In this document: in pieces, positions 18,969-32,050 of the stretch
How the letters are laid out: every line of letters begins with the position of its first letter
Position numbering within the stretch: position 1 is the first letter of the stretch
DNA from: the human T2T-CHM13v2.0 reference genome, Homo sapiens
Length of the DNA: 64,000 bases
Assembly: GCF_009914755.1 (NCBI RefSeq)
Contig: NC_060932.1
Reading direction: 5' to 3' (one strand)
Notes under the pieces: model-generated
Seen by the model: only the letters and a program-made list of their open reading frames with translations
What the model was told of the DNA's origin: nothing
Database searches by the model: none
Program-made: the position numbers and the translations under genes

Positions 18969-19153
18969 CTTGAAAAGTACCTAGATTACATGTGTGAGCC
19001 ACCACACCCAGCAGCAAAGTACTCTTGTTATTTAAACTTCCTCTGTTCTCACTAAATCGGCTTCTAACCCGGATCTGTTTGACTCCATATCCTTTTCCAT
19101 TTACCCTGTTATAATTTTGTTAGTTTATTTCCTTTTAGAAAATATAACTTGGT

Positions 19154-19599
<446 letters not shown>

Positions 19600-20300
19600 C
19601 TACGTGGGTATGCTAAGCCTTCCTGGCCACCTCTGCAAAGCCAAAAGGGGGCAATTCTTCTCTGCCCTTGAGACTGAGGACCAAGGAAGAGAGAAGCTTC
19701 CTGTAGGTAACCTGGCAGGGAAGCAAGAGAACTGGCAGCAGACTGCCCCATGGGTGTAGGGACACCTGAGAAGCCCTTTGTCTTCCACCACCTGTGGGTC
19801 CCCATTGTGAGGATTCTCCACCAACCAGATCTGAGACAGAACCAGCCGACAAAGAAACATGACACTGCATATGATGGCACCCAGCAGCCAGAGAGAGGAA
19901 AAAACCAAGAGAACAAGCACACGCCCAAGGAAATACAACTGCTACAGGAGACAGACGAAAACATAAGCTGGAAACAAAACAAACCAACAAAACCAAGCAC
20001 TTAAAGAGCCCAAGTGCATCTGCAAATAATAATAATAATAACTCATTAATAATAAAAACACGGGTTCTCATTAGAAATTTCACAGGGAAATTAAAGGAGA
20101 GAATGGTCACTGATCTGAATTAGTGGTTTGGAAATTCATGGACACAATCAAACAAATGTGAGAAGTTGGAAATCATGACAGAAAATGTAAGGGATTTGGA
20201 GGCTATCTATTCAGGACATTTAAAAGACAAATAATAGAAGTTTCAGAAAGAGAAAACAATATATTGAAAGAGAGAAAACAATTTTTAAAAAACTAAACAA

Positions 20301-20649
<349 letters not shown>

Positions 20650-22522
20650 CTAAATGATCCATTGAAGAGAAATCACAAGTACACAGGCATAGCATAGTAA
20701 ACCCCCTAAATTCTAGGGACAACTGGAAAATCTTATAAGCTCCTAAGCAGAAAGGACAAATTATCCACAGAAAATGCATAGCCTCAAATGCTGTTTTATC
20801 ATTAAAGAAATTAAAAATAAAAGAACTTAGAATTTCAATTAAGAAATTATAAAGAGATCAATTTTTAAAACAGGAAAAGGAATGACAACAAAGATAAAAC
20901 AACAAACAAACACAAAAAGAGTAAGGAAAGTTTATGTAAAAGTGTCTTTTGAAAAAGATTAATAATAGAAATAAATCCCTCAGGAGCCTGATAAGAAAGA
21001 AGAGAAAGCCAAAGAGACAAGGTAAAAAAACGAGAAAAAAAATGCAAGAGAAATTTTTAACAATAAGGAAATATTTATCTCTCTAAAGGCAAATCTGACA
21101 ACAGGTTTTAAAACCTGGAGGATAATAATGGTTTTCAAGCAAAATACAAATGACTAAAATGGACCCAAGAAGAAATCGTAAATCTGAATAGACCAATTAT
21201 GACAGAAGAAAGGGTAGTAAGAGAGCTACTGCTTAAATAGGCACCAAAACCAAATGGGCATTTGGACTGGGTGCTACCTAATTTCTAAAGAACTGATCAT
21301 TTCAATGCTATGCAAATTAGTCCAGGATAGAGAGGAAATATAGAAAAGTCTCCAACTCATTTGACATAGCCAGCAAGACCTTAATGCCACAGCCTGATCT
21401 AGTAGAACACAGGATAAAAAATTATAGACCTATATCACTTTCAAATAAGATGCAAAACTTCTAAACAAAATAAAGGAAGACATCAGCAAGTTCTCAAAAA
21501 CTGGTGCGCTAAGATCAAGCACATTTTTTTCAAGGAATGTGGGAGTGATTTGCTTTCTGAAAATCACTCTCAGTGACCATCAGCACAATCTATTACATTA
21601 ACAGACTAAAGGATAAAATCCATAGGATTATATCAGTAGATTCTGAAAGAGCTTGAATAAAACTAAACAACCATCTCTAACAAAAACTCAAGATAAGTAA
21701 TGAAACTTTTTGATCTACTAAAGACAATTCACAAACAAACCACAAGTGTCATTCCAAATTATAACACACAATACACTAAACCATTTCCATTAAAACCAGG
21801 AACGAGTTGTTAAAACTAGTTACTAAACAACTGGCATAGACATTAAAAAAGATATTAAAACCACATTTTTTGCTGATGACCTAATTGCCTACCTAGAAAT
21901 CCATGAGATTCTAGTAAAATATGTACTGGCTTCACTTAAAAATTATTGGTAAGATGGTAGTATACAAAATAAATATTAAAGATAGACAGTTTTTCTCTGC
22001 TCTAGCAGTAAGTTCTTAAATGAAAATAGGGGAAATTCTATTTATAATAGTGACACAATGTAAGTAAATAATGGGAATATATATAACAAGAGGTTCACAG
22101 GATCTATAGGAAAACTATAAAATCTTATGAGCAGACATTTAAAAAAGATCTGAACAAAGTTGAGTAAAACATTTTCTGGTTTGAGATGACTTAATATCAT
22201 AAAAATGTTACTTGTACCAAAACCAATGAATAAATTTAGTTCAATTCCAAATGGAATCCTAAAATGGTTTATTTTAATTGTCTAAAATATCTTTAGAATT
22301 TATGTGGATGAAGAAAATGCCCAAAAATATTCAAGAAAAGCATGGGAAAAACAACCACCAGTGTCTGGTAAGGGAGAGCAGGGAGATTGACTTTGGGAAT
22401 ATCAGAGGGTTCTATAAAGTTGTGGTAATCAAATGAATATGCTATGACATGGGAATAGACAAACAGATCAGTGGGTAGAATAGATAATTGAAAGTGGTTA
22501 CAGTATATATAAGAATATATGC

Positions 22523-22854
<332 letters not shown>

Positions 22855-23537
22855 TTAATAGCAATCATATCAGAGCTCTTCCAAAAAAAGCATATTACCA
22901 TGTAGAAAGGTGGGGAAAAGATATGAACAGACAGTTCACAGAAGACCAACTCCAAATACAACGAACACATGAAAAGATGCTCTAAAGCACTAGTAGTCAG
23001 GAAATTGCACATAACAAGAGCAATGAGCTGTCACTTCATACTTATCAAACTGGCTGAGAAGAAAGCTAACACCTATTGCTGGCTGGGATGTGGAAAAAGG
23101 AAAAAAAAAAAAGATACCCTCAACATCACTGGTGGGAGTGTGAGAACTTGTTGTTGCTGTAAAACTGTCAAGCAACATCCCATAAAACTACAAACATTTA
23201 TACCTTCCAATCCAACAATCCCACTCTAGGGAATCTAGCCCACAGAAAGAAAGTCACTAGTAACTAAGGAAATATGTAAAAGGTATTTCCTGTCATATTA
23301 TTTGCAGTAGGGGAAAATACTCGACTGGAAACAAAAGAGATGCTTATTACAGGGAAATGGCTAGATCAAGTATGAAATACCAGTACCGAGGGGTAAGAGA
23401 CTCACATTATATACATGAATGAAGGTTCCATCAGGTGACTTGGAGGGATTTCGACAAGATGAAAGTGTGTTTAATAGGATTCCATTTTTAAAAACAACTA
23501 AGAACAAAACAAACAAGCATTAAAAACTCATGCGTGG

Positions 23538-23849
<312 letters not shown>

Positions 23850-24724
23850 TCATGTGTGTGTCATGGATTTGTGAGTGTATCCCTATAGGATTATACAAAT
23901 AGAGAAAGAGAGGACAATTCATACCAGGCTATTCACATGGGTCACCTTGGGGTGTTGGGGTGTGCCTGTGGTGAGTAGGGGTTGGGGGATAGGAGGAGAC
24001 ACTAGCTTTGGTGGTGCGACACTGGAATGAAACCTGCAGAGAAACCCTCAGCCTTTGTCATTTGTATTACTAACAGCTACAAGAACAAGAGCAAAAAGTA
24101 GACATTTTGAGTTCCCATTTCATGATAAATTGTACTTTTTTCTTTCCCTGAAGCATTTTTCTTATTTCTATCTGAACTCCTAGGAGCATTTGATTTTCAT
24201 TTTAACAATTCAAAACTATTTACTGCTATTTCAGAACTTGCAAGTTTGGAATTTTATACTATTTTCCTGGGTTCTTAGTTGGATTTAAACTTGTTATGGC
24301 ACTTAAAAAGATAGAATGGTGTGTGTTCTTGTTTCCTAGGTCTTTCTGAGTGGTATTCAGTTTTATGTTTATACTTTTAGCCACAACAGAACATGTTTCT
24401 AAGAGCAAATTTTATAGCAACTCCAATATTCCATGCTAAGTTAGAATTAATTATCATAAAAGTCTGTTATCTAATCTGGTGGATCAGCGAAGGCTTCCTG
24501 GAGGAGGTGTGCAACACACAGTAGGCATTCAGATATTTGCTAATGAGGACACTTCTAAACTGACCCTTAAAGGGCAAGCAGGAGTTAGGCAGGCAAAGAG
24601 AGTTGAGAGAACAGATGAGTTATTCCAGGCAGAGAAAATACTAGTCACAAATGGCATTTGTAACAACTGGCATTTATTGAGAGGAAACACTAATAACCAC
24701 AACTGGCATTTATTGAGACAACTG

Positions 24725-24960
24725 GCATTTATTGAAAGTTCACTAGGTGCAAGGTAGCTTGCTAAATACTTTATGCGTATTATTAACTCATAGGCTCCAC
24801 ACATTAACCCAATTATCTCCAAACTACAGATGAAGAAACGGGTTTAAATTTAGTGGCCTGCTCAGGTGTCAAGGCCTTTAAGAACACTGTAAGAGTGGAA
24901 CTGGGATTCAAACCCCAGTCTGTATATTTCCAAAGGCTGAGGTTTTAACCACTACAGGGC
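24725..24960 (-). mobile_element. MIR SINE
   Basis: tacagatgaagaaacggg...ctgggattcaaaccccagtctg...ttttaaccactaca. Confidence 0.75.
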
Positions 24961-26099
24961 ACAGCCTACCCTAACAGCCGGTGTAAGAGCCTCTGTTAGG
25001 TATCCTTAATGTATTGGGTTACTTAACAACTCAGCCAGGCGTGGCTATCCTACCTGTTTCTCATTTCACTAGCTGAAAGAATTTAGTAACATTTTCACAC
25101 CTGGACATTTGTGTGCCTTGACCTCTAGATCTTTTAGAAAAGTGTTCAGTGAGGCAATTCCTGGCATTAACTTGTAGGTGTTCCCAGTGCTAATACTATT
25201 TAATTCAGCAAAGAATCTACGTATTCTACTCTGCTTTTAGAGTTTTAAAGATACCAAATTCTACATGGAAAACACTTCCCCCAAGGTAATTCATAAGTAA
25301 AATTTTTCTTTAAAAGTTTGTGTTTTCTCCTGAAAATCTAAATAATGTTAGTAGTAGTTTATCTTCACTAAAACTGTTCTTAACTATACATGGCTCATAA
25401 AACACTAAATGGCAAGATTTCCATTCTATCCAGAGTGAAGCTAAGGTAGTCAAAGCTCTTTGCTTCATTTTCATCTCTGTCTTGGGCTGGCTTCATTTGT
25501 TTACCAAGAAGTAGTAATAAATTAATTACTAGTAAATTTAGCTCTTTAGCTAAAGAAAAATGAGGAATTTACCTTAAGGATACCATAGTATCTTGTATAA
25601 CCTAAAGGAAGAAAGTTTATTTGGGTTTCAAAACAGGCTAGAAAAGGGACTGGAAAAAAAAAAAAAACCAAAATCCGGAAAACTACATTATTCTGGAGCC
25701 ATATATCCTCTGTTGTTGCTTCTCTCTGTTCATCTGCTTCATTCTTTCCATTTTACATCAACCTTTTCTCTCTCACCACACAAGGACCCCTTAGCAATTC
25801 TGGATTACTCCCAGGTCAACAATGTACAATTTAGTTAGACTCTGAGTTCCTTGGCTCAAATAATCTGAAAGGTGAATCTGATTGGCCACTGGCCCACTAA
25901 TAAATTGCCTCCCCCTGCTTCCAGCCCTGGTCTACATAATTGTGATCAAGGAGGTGTGGAATCATCTAAATGATGATATGTAACATGTAGGCCCCTTTCC
26001 AGGGCCTTGGAGAGGATGGATTTCTAAGAACAGTCAATGAGGTTAGAGCTAGTTACCATTAAAGTAATCACCTGCAGAGAGTAGTAATAAGAGTAGTCC

Positions 26100-26275
26100 C
26101 AGCTGGTCACGGTGGCAAGTACCTGTAGTCCCAGCTACTTGGGAGGCTGAGGAGGGAGGATCACTTGTATCCAGGAGTTTGAGGCTGCAGTGAGTTATGA
26201 TCGTACTACTGCACTCCAGCCTGGGCCACAGAGTAAGACCCCCTTTCTAAAAAGAAAAAGAAAAAGAAAAAAAAG
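26100..26275 (+). mobile_element. Alu right monomer (FRAM/AluJ-like)
   Basis: cctgtagtcccagctacttgggaggctgag...gagtttgaggctgcagtgag, A-rich tail. Confidence 0.85.
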
Positions 26276-26284
26276 AGTAGGACT

Positions 26285-26990
26285 GTCCACCAACAGATGA
26301 AGAAAATGTGTGGTGCATATACACAATGGAATACCATTTAGCCTTATAAAAGAAGGCAGCGGGGCTCTTCCAGCTACGTGGAAGGATTGCTTGAGCCCAG
26401 AAGTTGGAGTTCAGCCTGGGCAACATAGCCAGACCCTGTCTCAAAAAAAGAAAAAAAAAAAGAAATTCTGTCATTTGTGATGACATAGGTGAACCTGGAG
26501 GACATTATGCTAAGCCAGGTATAGAATGGCAAATACCACGATTCCACTTATGTGTAATCTTAAAAAGTTGAATTCATGGTAAGTTCAAGAGATCTGTTGT
26601 ATATCATAGTGACTATAGCTAACAATATATTGTATCCTCAAAAACTGCTGAGAAAAAAGATTTTAAGTGCTCTTACCACAAAAAATTTGTTTGTGAGGCA
26701 ATGCATATGTTAATCAGATTGATTTAATCATTCCCCAATGTACACATTATTAATTAATTAATTATTTAATAGACAGGGTCTTGCTCTGTCACCCTGGCTG
26801 GAGTGCAGTGGTTCGATCATAGCTCACTGTAACCTTGAACTCCTAGGCTCAAGTGACCCTCTTACCTCAGCCACCCGAGTAGCTGGGACTACAGGTGTGT
26901 GTGCCACTGCTGCACCTGGCTACATATTTTTAAAGAGCATGCTGTACACCATAAATATATACAATTTTTATTTGTCAATTTAAAAAATAG
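26285..26990 (+). mobile_element. L1MA/MB 3'UTR with inserted Alu monomer fragments (~26375-26460 on +, ~26765-26920 on -)
   Basis: tacacaatggaataccatttagccttataaaagaagg...gaacctggaggacattatgctaag...ttaagtgctcttaccacaaaa. Confidence 0.7.
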
Positions 26991-27409
26991 TACCATTTTA
27001 CATAAAATTAATCAAGGTTAGACTTTCCTGTTCAACTGGATATATACAAATGCAATGCAAAATAACTTGAAGATACCTCTGTGGTACCTTCCTGGATTCA
27101 TACATCCAAATCTATAACATTCAAATATGGCTCTTTGGATATGTATTTTAGTCCATAAATAATGTTTTCTTTAAACTTTATCTGATTTTAGAATGAAATT
27201 CATCATGTACTTTAGTCACAGATTCATGACTTGAGAACAACTCTTAGTTTAAAAATGTATTAACTCTAACAAGGTTCAAGAAAATTCATGTGCCTACCCA
27301 GTGAGTACCTGAGTTGCAGCAGGTGATCCATACATATTTGTTGACTGAATGTCAAATTTTGCCAGCCTTTAAAGAACCATACCACACTGTTAGAAAAACT
27401 GACATGAAG

Positions 27410-27560
27410 GGCCAAGTGTGATGGCTCACACCTGTAATCTCAGACCCTTCGGAGGCCAAGGGGGAGGATCACTTGAGTCTAGGAGTTCGATGCCAGCCTG
27501 GGCAATATAGTGAGCCCTCGTCTCTAAAAAAAGAAAAAAAGAAAAAAAAGAAAAAGAAAA
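27410..27560 (+). mobile_element. Free left Alu monomer (FLAM-like)
   Basis: Left arm followed directly by an A-rich tail. Confidence 0.8.
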
Positions 27561-27728
27561 ACAGAAGTAACTGTTTTATCTCCTGTCTTATTTTATGTAT
27601 TATACACTTCCTTGATTTTCCTGTGTCCTCCTATCCAAAACTGTAACAATTTTGTTCAACATTAGCACCATATCATTTTATGAAACTCAAATCAGCCAAC
27701 TTCTCTGGGAAGGGGTTGATGGAGGTGA

Positions 27729-28137
<409 letters not shown>

Positions 28138-29539
28138 TAGCGATGGCTCATTAATGGTTGGCTGGATGGATATCCTATTCCTCTCAGCTTCTATCATCTT
28201 TCAAGTGAATTTCATAAGAGCCAATCCTACCAAATTGATTTCTAGCCTGGACTCCTGGTAACAGTCCAGGGGGTGCCAAGTGGAAGAACAACCGAGAACA
28301 ACAGAATGGCATCTTTTTTTTCCGCTATCCCCTACTCTGACAACTCACCTCAGGACAGAACACCTGTTTATCCACGGTTGTAATGTGGTATCATTTGTTA
28401 CCGTAGTGACAGAGTCCGATGTGTCAGTTTAGGTTAAAAACTGTCTTTAGTAGCTTTCATTTCTATTTTTTCACTTGTCTGGTTCTCTTTATTTTTTATT
28501 TGTTTTTACATGTTTGCATCTTAATCTCTATGTTGTTTATTTTTAATATTTTCTCCTGAGACTCTTGAAGTGTGGTAATTATTCTTTTAGCAATCAATGA
28601 AGCTATTTGGGAAGTGATTGGTTAAGCTGTGCCCCTCAAAGCATAGCCCTCAAAACCTGAGGACTTGAAGTATATTTGCAAAGAACCTTTGGTTCTAGTC
28701 ACAAGCTATACTTAGTGAATTAGATATACTACACAAAATTCTGCCAAATTTTAGTCCCCATCAGTTTTTTAAACATTTCCAATTAGCAAAACACACAAAC
28801 AGGCCTACATCGTTTGCGAATTTAGACAAATCCTGACTAATACCAGCGGACCTCCCCTGACTTCTGTCCCCATCCCCACTCAGCATGGGTGACCTCTTTG
28901 TAGCCAGCTCTTGTGTAAGTGCTTTTTATACTGTCAGATTATCCTTCTTGCCACAGCTGTTAATAAATCTGAACACAAGATCTTGAATATTTGTTTTCAT
29001 CTCCTTAATATTGTGTCACTCAAAATGGTACCAATTCCCTTATTATATATACTCTCAATGGAGTATTTATCATCTTTAAAGAAACAAGTCACTGAGCATC
29101 TCATCAACACCAAGAGCCTTGGGGTGTGCCTTCAGGGCAGCAAACAGATAATATCCCTTCAACACGTGTATCCACTTATTCATTTTTTATCACTGTCTGC
29201 CCAAGCTGAATCAGAGAGCATTCACCACGCTTCTTGTTACATGGGTGCCCCAGTAAACAGCAATAACTGTGAGAACCAGCAAATCAGTGGAGTGCACTTC
29301 CTGTTTTACTGGAATTCCAATTTATTTGATGAATACTTAACTGTTGGGGACAATGGAGGTGTGGCCTTGCCTGAAGGCTGGCGAGTAGACGAGGCCTCTT
29401 ATGAGGACAGAGCTGGTATTTTATGGCTCTTTGCATGTATTTTGCATTGCTGCTTTTCCTTTGGAGGCCTTTTTAAGAAGTCTCCCCATCTCATGAACCT
29501 CTTCAACCCACAGACTCCATCTTAAAAATAAGGGCACTA

Positions 29540-29827
29540 GGCTGGTGGCTCACGTGTCTAATCCCAGGACTTTGGGAGGCTGAGGCAGGCAGATCACTTG
29601 AGCCCAAGAGTTTGAGACCAGCCTGGGCAACAATGGAAAACCCTGTCTCTATAAAAAACACAAAAATTAGCTGGTGTGGTGGCCTGTGCCTGTAGTCCCA
29701 GCTACTTGGTAAGCTGAGGTGGGAGGACTGCTTGAGCCTGAGAGGTAGAGGCTACAGTGCAGGCCACTGCACTCCAGCCTGGGCAAGAATGAGACCCTGT
29801 CTCAAAAAAAAAAAAAAAAAAAAAAAA
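29540..29827 (+). mobile_element. AluJ-like
   Basis: cacttgagcccaagagtttgagaccagcctgggcaac; poly-A tail. Confidence 0.88.
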
Positions 29828-31372
29828 GGCTGTGGTTCATTCTTTCAAAAGCTAAGTGGAGCCCACATTGGCACAGATGCCAGCTACAGTGTCTGTGGAA
29901 TCAGAAGCATCATCTGATGTTACAACTTCTGGCCTATTGCTCTTTTTCTTCTTTCTCCTTTGCCTACTCTTCTATTTCTCCATATTACCTTTTTGTTGGC
30001 CAATGCCTTAGACTTGCTCATGAGCATTTGTAGGTTTGGTAGCTGGCACACAAAACCAAAGGAATAAGTGTCTCCAAGTTTGAGTTGTAATTCTCCAGTT
30101 AAATTTCTTTCTTTGAGATTTATTACAGTAATAGGTTACTAAGACATTTAATTCTCACTGAGGGTATGACTGTATTTTATTCTAATACTGAGTTGAAAAA
30201 TTACCATGGCCTCATATCTATATATCTACATTGGTGTATTTTAAAGGCTCACAACTCTTATACGGTATAAATTGAGCTTTAGAGCAAAATTTATTCAAGA
30301 TAATATTTATCATGTGTCTTTATGTACCAGGAATGAGAATACAATGGTGAACAGACAGAAAAGTCTCTGGTTTCCTGTAGTGGGCATTCCAGGAGCAGAA
30401 TGGCGTCATAATTCATTTACTCTATAAGTCAGAGAGAAAAATGATGGCACGAACTGCAAGGGATTTGTGTGTAAAATTTGTGACAGTAAGAAAAAGAAAC
30501 TGGAAGGGAATACGCATTTGCCATGTTCTATAATATGCCACAGACATTGTAACAAAATATTTCATGTCAGCTACTTCCATTTAGGAAATACATGTTCATT
30601 ATTTTCTTCAAACTAAGAATTACTTTATCCCTCTTTTCTTTGAAGTTATCTTAAATCTGTTATTATTCAGGGTCTCTATCCAACTTCTCATCAAATTACC
30701 CTATTTGTAGCTTCCAAACGTTAACACCTATCTGCTAAAATGGAGCCTATAAAAAGCCTTAGTGGCATAAACTGTGTGTGAGGGAGAAATGGTATTTAAG
30801 CCCTTAATGAAGTTAGGAGCTTTCAAACTGTTGCACTTTGGGTTTACAGGATCCTTCCTCCATGTCCCTTTTTTGGGGGTGCGGAAGGATTTGGGAGAAT
30901 GGGAAACACTCTCACTATATATTTATTACATTAATTATCTTCTCTTTTAAAATGCAATTTTCATGAACTGGCGATTTATGAACACTTCACATTGCTTGAA
31001 AGCATCTTACACTTTTTTTTTCCCTCAACTCACAAAGCAGTTTCTTTCTACTGGTCGAATTCTCAAGGCAGAAAAGCTACATACGTCTCTCGTTTCTTCA
31101 CTAATTGTTCTCTAGAAAAGGGAAAGTGAAGAAGGGAAAGAGAAAAGACAACGGGGAAGAAAAGAGCATAGAGGAGAGAGGAAAAGTGGGGAGAGAAAGG
31201 AAGAAAAGGACTGAGAAAACGCAGGAGCCCTGGCTTGCCGGTGAGCAGAGCCGGCGCAGCCACAGCGCGGAGCCGCGGCGCCCACTGGTCCTCGGAGCTG
31301 CCAATCGGCGTGTAATCCTGTAGGAATTTCTCCCGGGTTTATCTGGGAGTCACACTGCCGCCTCCTCTCCCC

Positions 31373-31990
31373 AGTCGCCCAGGGGAGCCCGGAGAAGCAG
31401 GCTCAGGAGGGAGGGAGCCAGAGGAAAAGAAGAGGAGGAGAAGGAGGAGGACCCGGGGAGGGAGGCGCGGCGCGGGAGGAGGAGGGGCGCAGCCGCGGAG
31501 CCAGTGGCCCCGCTTGGACGCGCTGCTCTCCAGATACCCCCGGAGCTCCAGCCGCGCGGATCGCGCGCTCCCGCCGCTCTGCCCCTAAACTTCTGCCGTA
31601 GCTCCCTTTCAAGCCAGCGAATTTATTCCTTAAAACCAGAAACTGAACCTCGGCACGGGAAAGGAGTCCGCGGAGGAGCAAAACCACAGCAGAGCAAGAA
31701 GAGCTTCAGAGAGCAGCCTTCCCGGAGCACCAACTCCGTGTCGGGAGTGCAGAAACCAACAAGTGAGAGGGCGCCGCGTTCCCGGGGCGCAGCTGCGGGC
31801 GGCGGGAGCAGGCGCAGGAGGAGGAAGCGAGCGCCCCCGAGCCCCGAGCCCGAGTCCCCGAGCCTGAGCCGCAATCGCTGCGGTACTCTGCTCCGGATTC
31901 GTGTGCGCGGGCTGCGCCGAGCGCTGGGCAGGAGGCTTCGTTTTGCCCTGGTTGCAAGCAGCGGCTGGGAGCAGCCGGTCCCTGGGGAAT
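31373..31990 (+). other. SDC2: Probable 5' UTR part of SDC2 exon 1 (~0.6 kb; start approximate)
   Basis: Initiator-like CCAGT at 31371-31375, ~70 nt downstream of the CCAAT box; no ATG seen between here and 31991. The TSS is inferred, not demonstrated. Confidence 0.6.
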
Positions 31991-32050
31991 ATGCGGCGCG
32001 CGTGGATCCTGCTCACCTTGGGCTTGGTGGCCTGCGTGTCGGCGGAGTCG
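31991..32050 (+). CDS. SDC2: Syndecan-2 (heparan sulfate proteoglycan), coding part of exon 1: signal peptide region MRRAWILLTLGLVACVSAES
   Basis: ATG with A at -3; 20 codons with basic N-region, hydrophobic core and VSA cleavage motif, recognised as the syndecan-2 N-terminus; phase-0 donor TCG|GTGAGT at 32051. Confidence 0.96.

Noticed and set aside
24663-24735. Repeat-spacer pattern resembling a CRISPR array (also 46571-46669)
   Set aside because: Eukaryotic DNA, only three short units, irregular or absent spacers, no cas genes.
28911-29525. 204-aa ORF upstream of the promoter
   Set aside because: Starts at a TTG, has no recognisable domain or homology and no clear exon structure; treated as a chance ORF, though I cannot exclude it without expression data.
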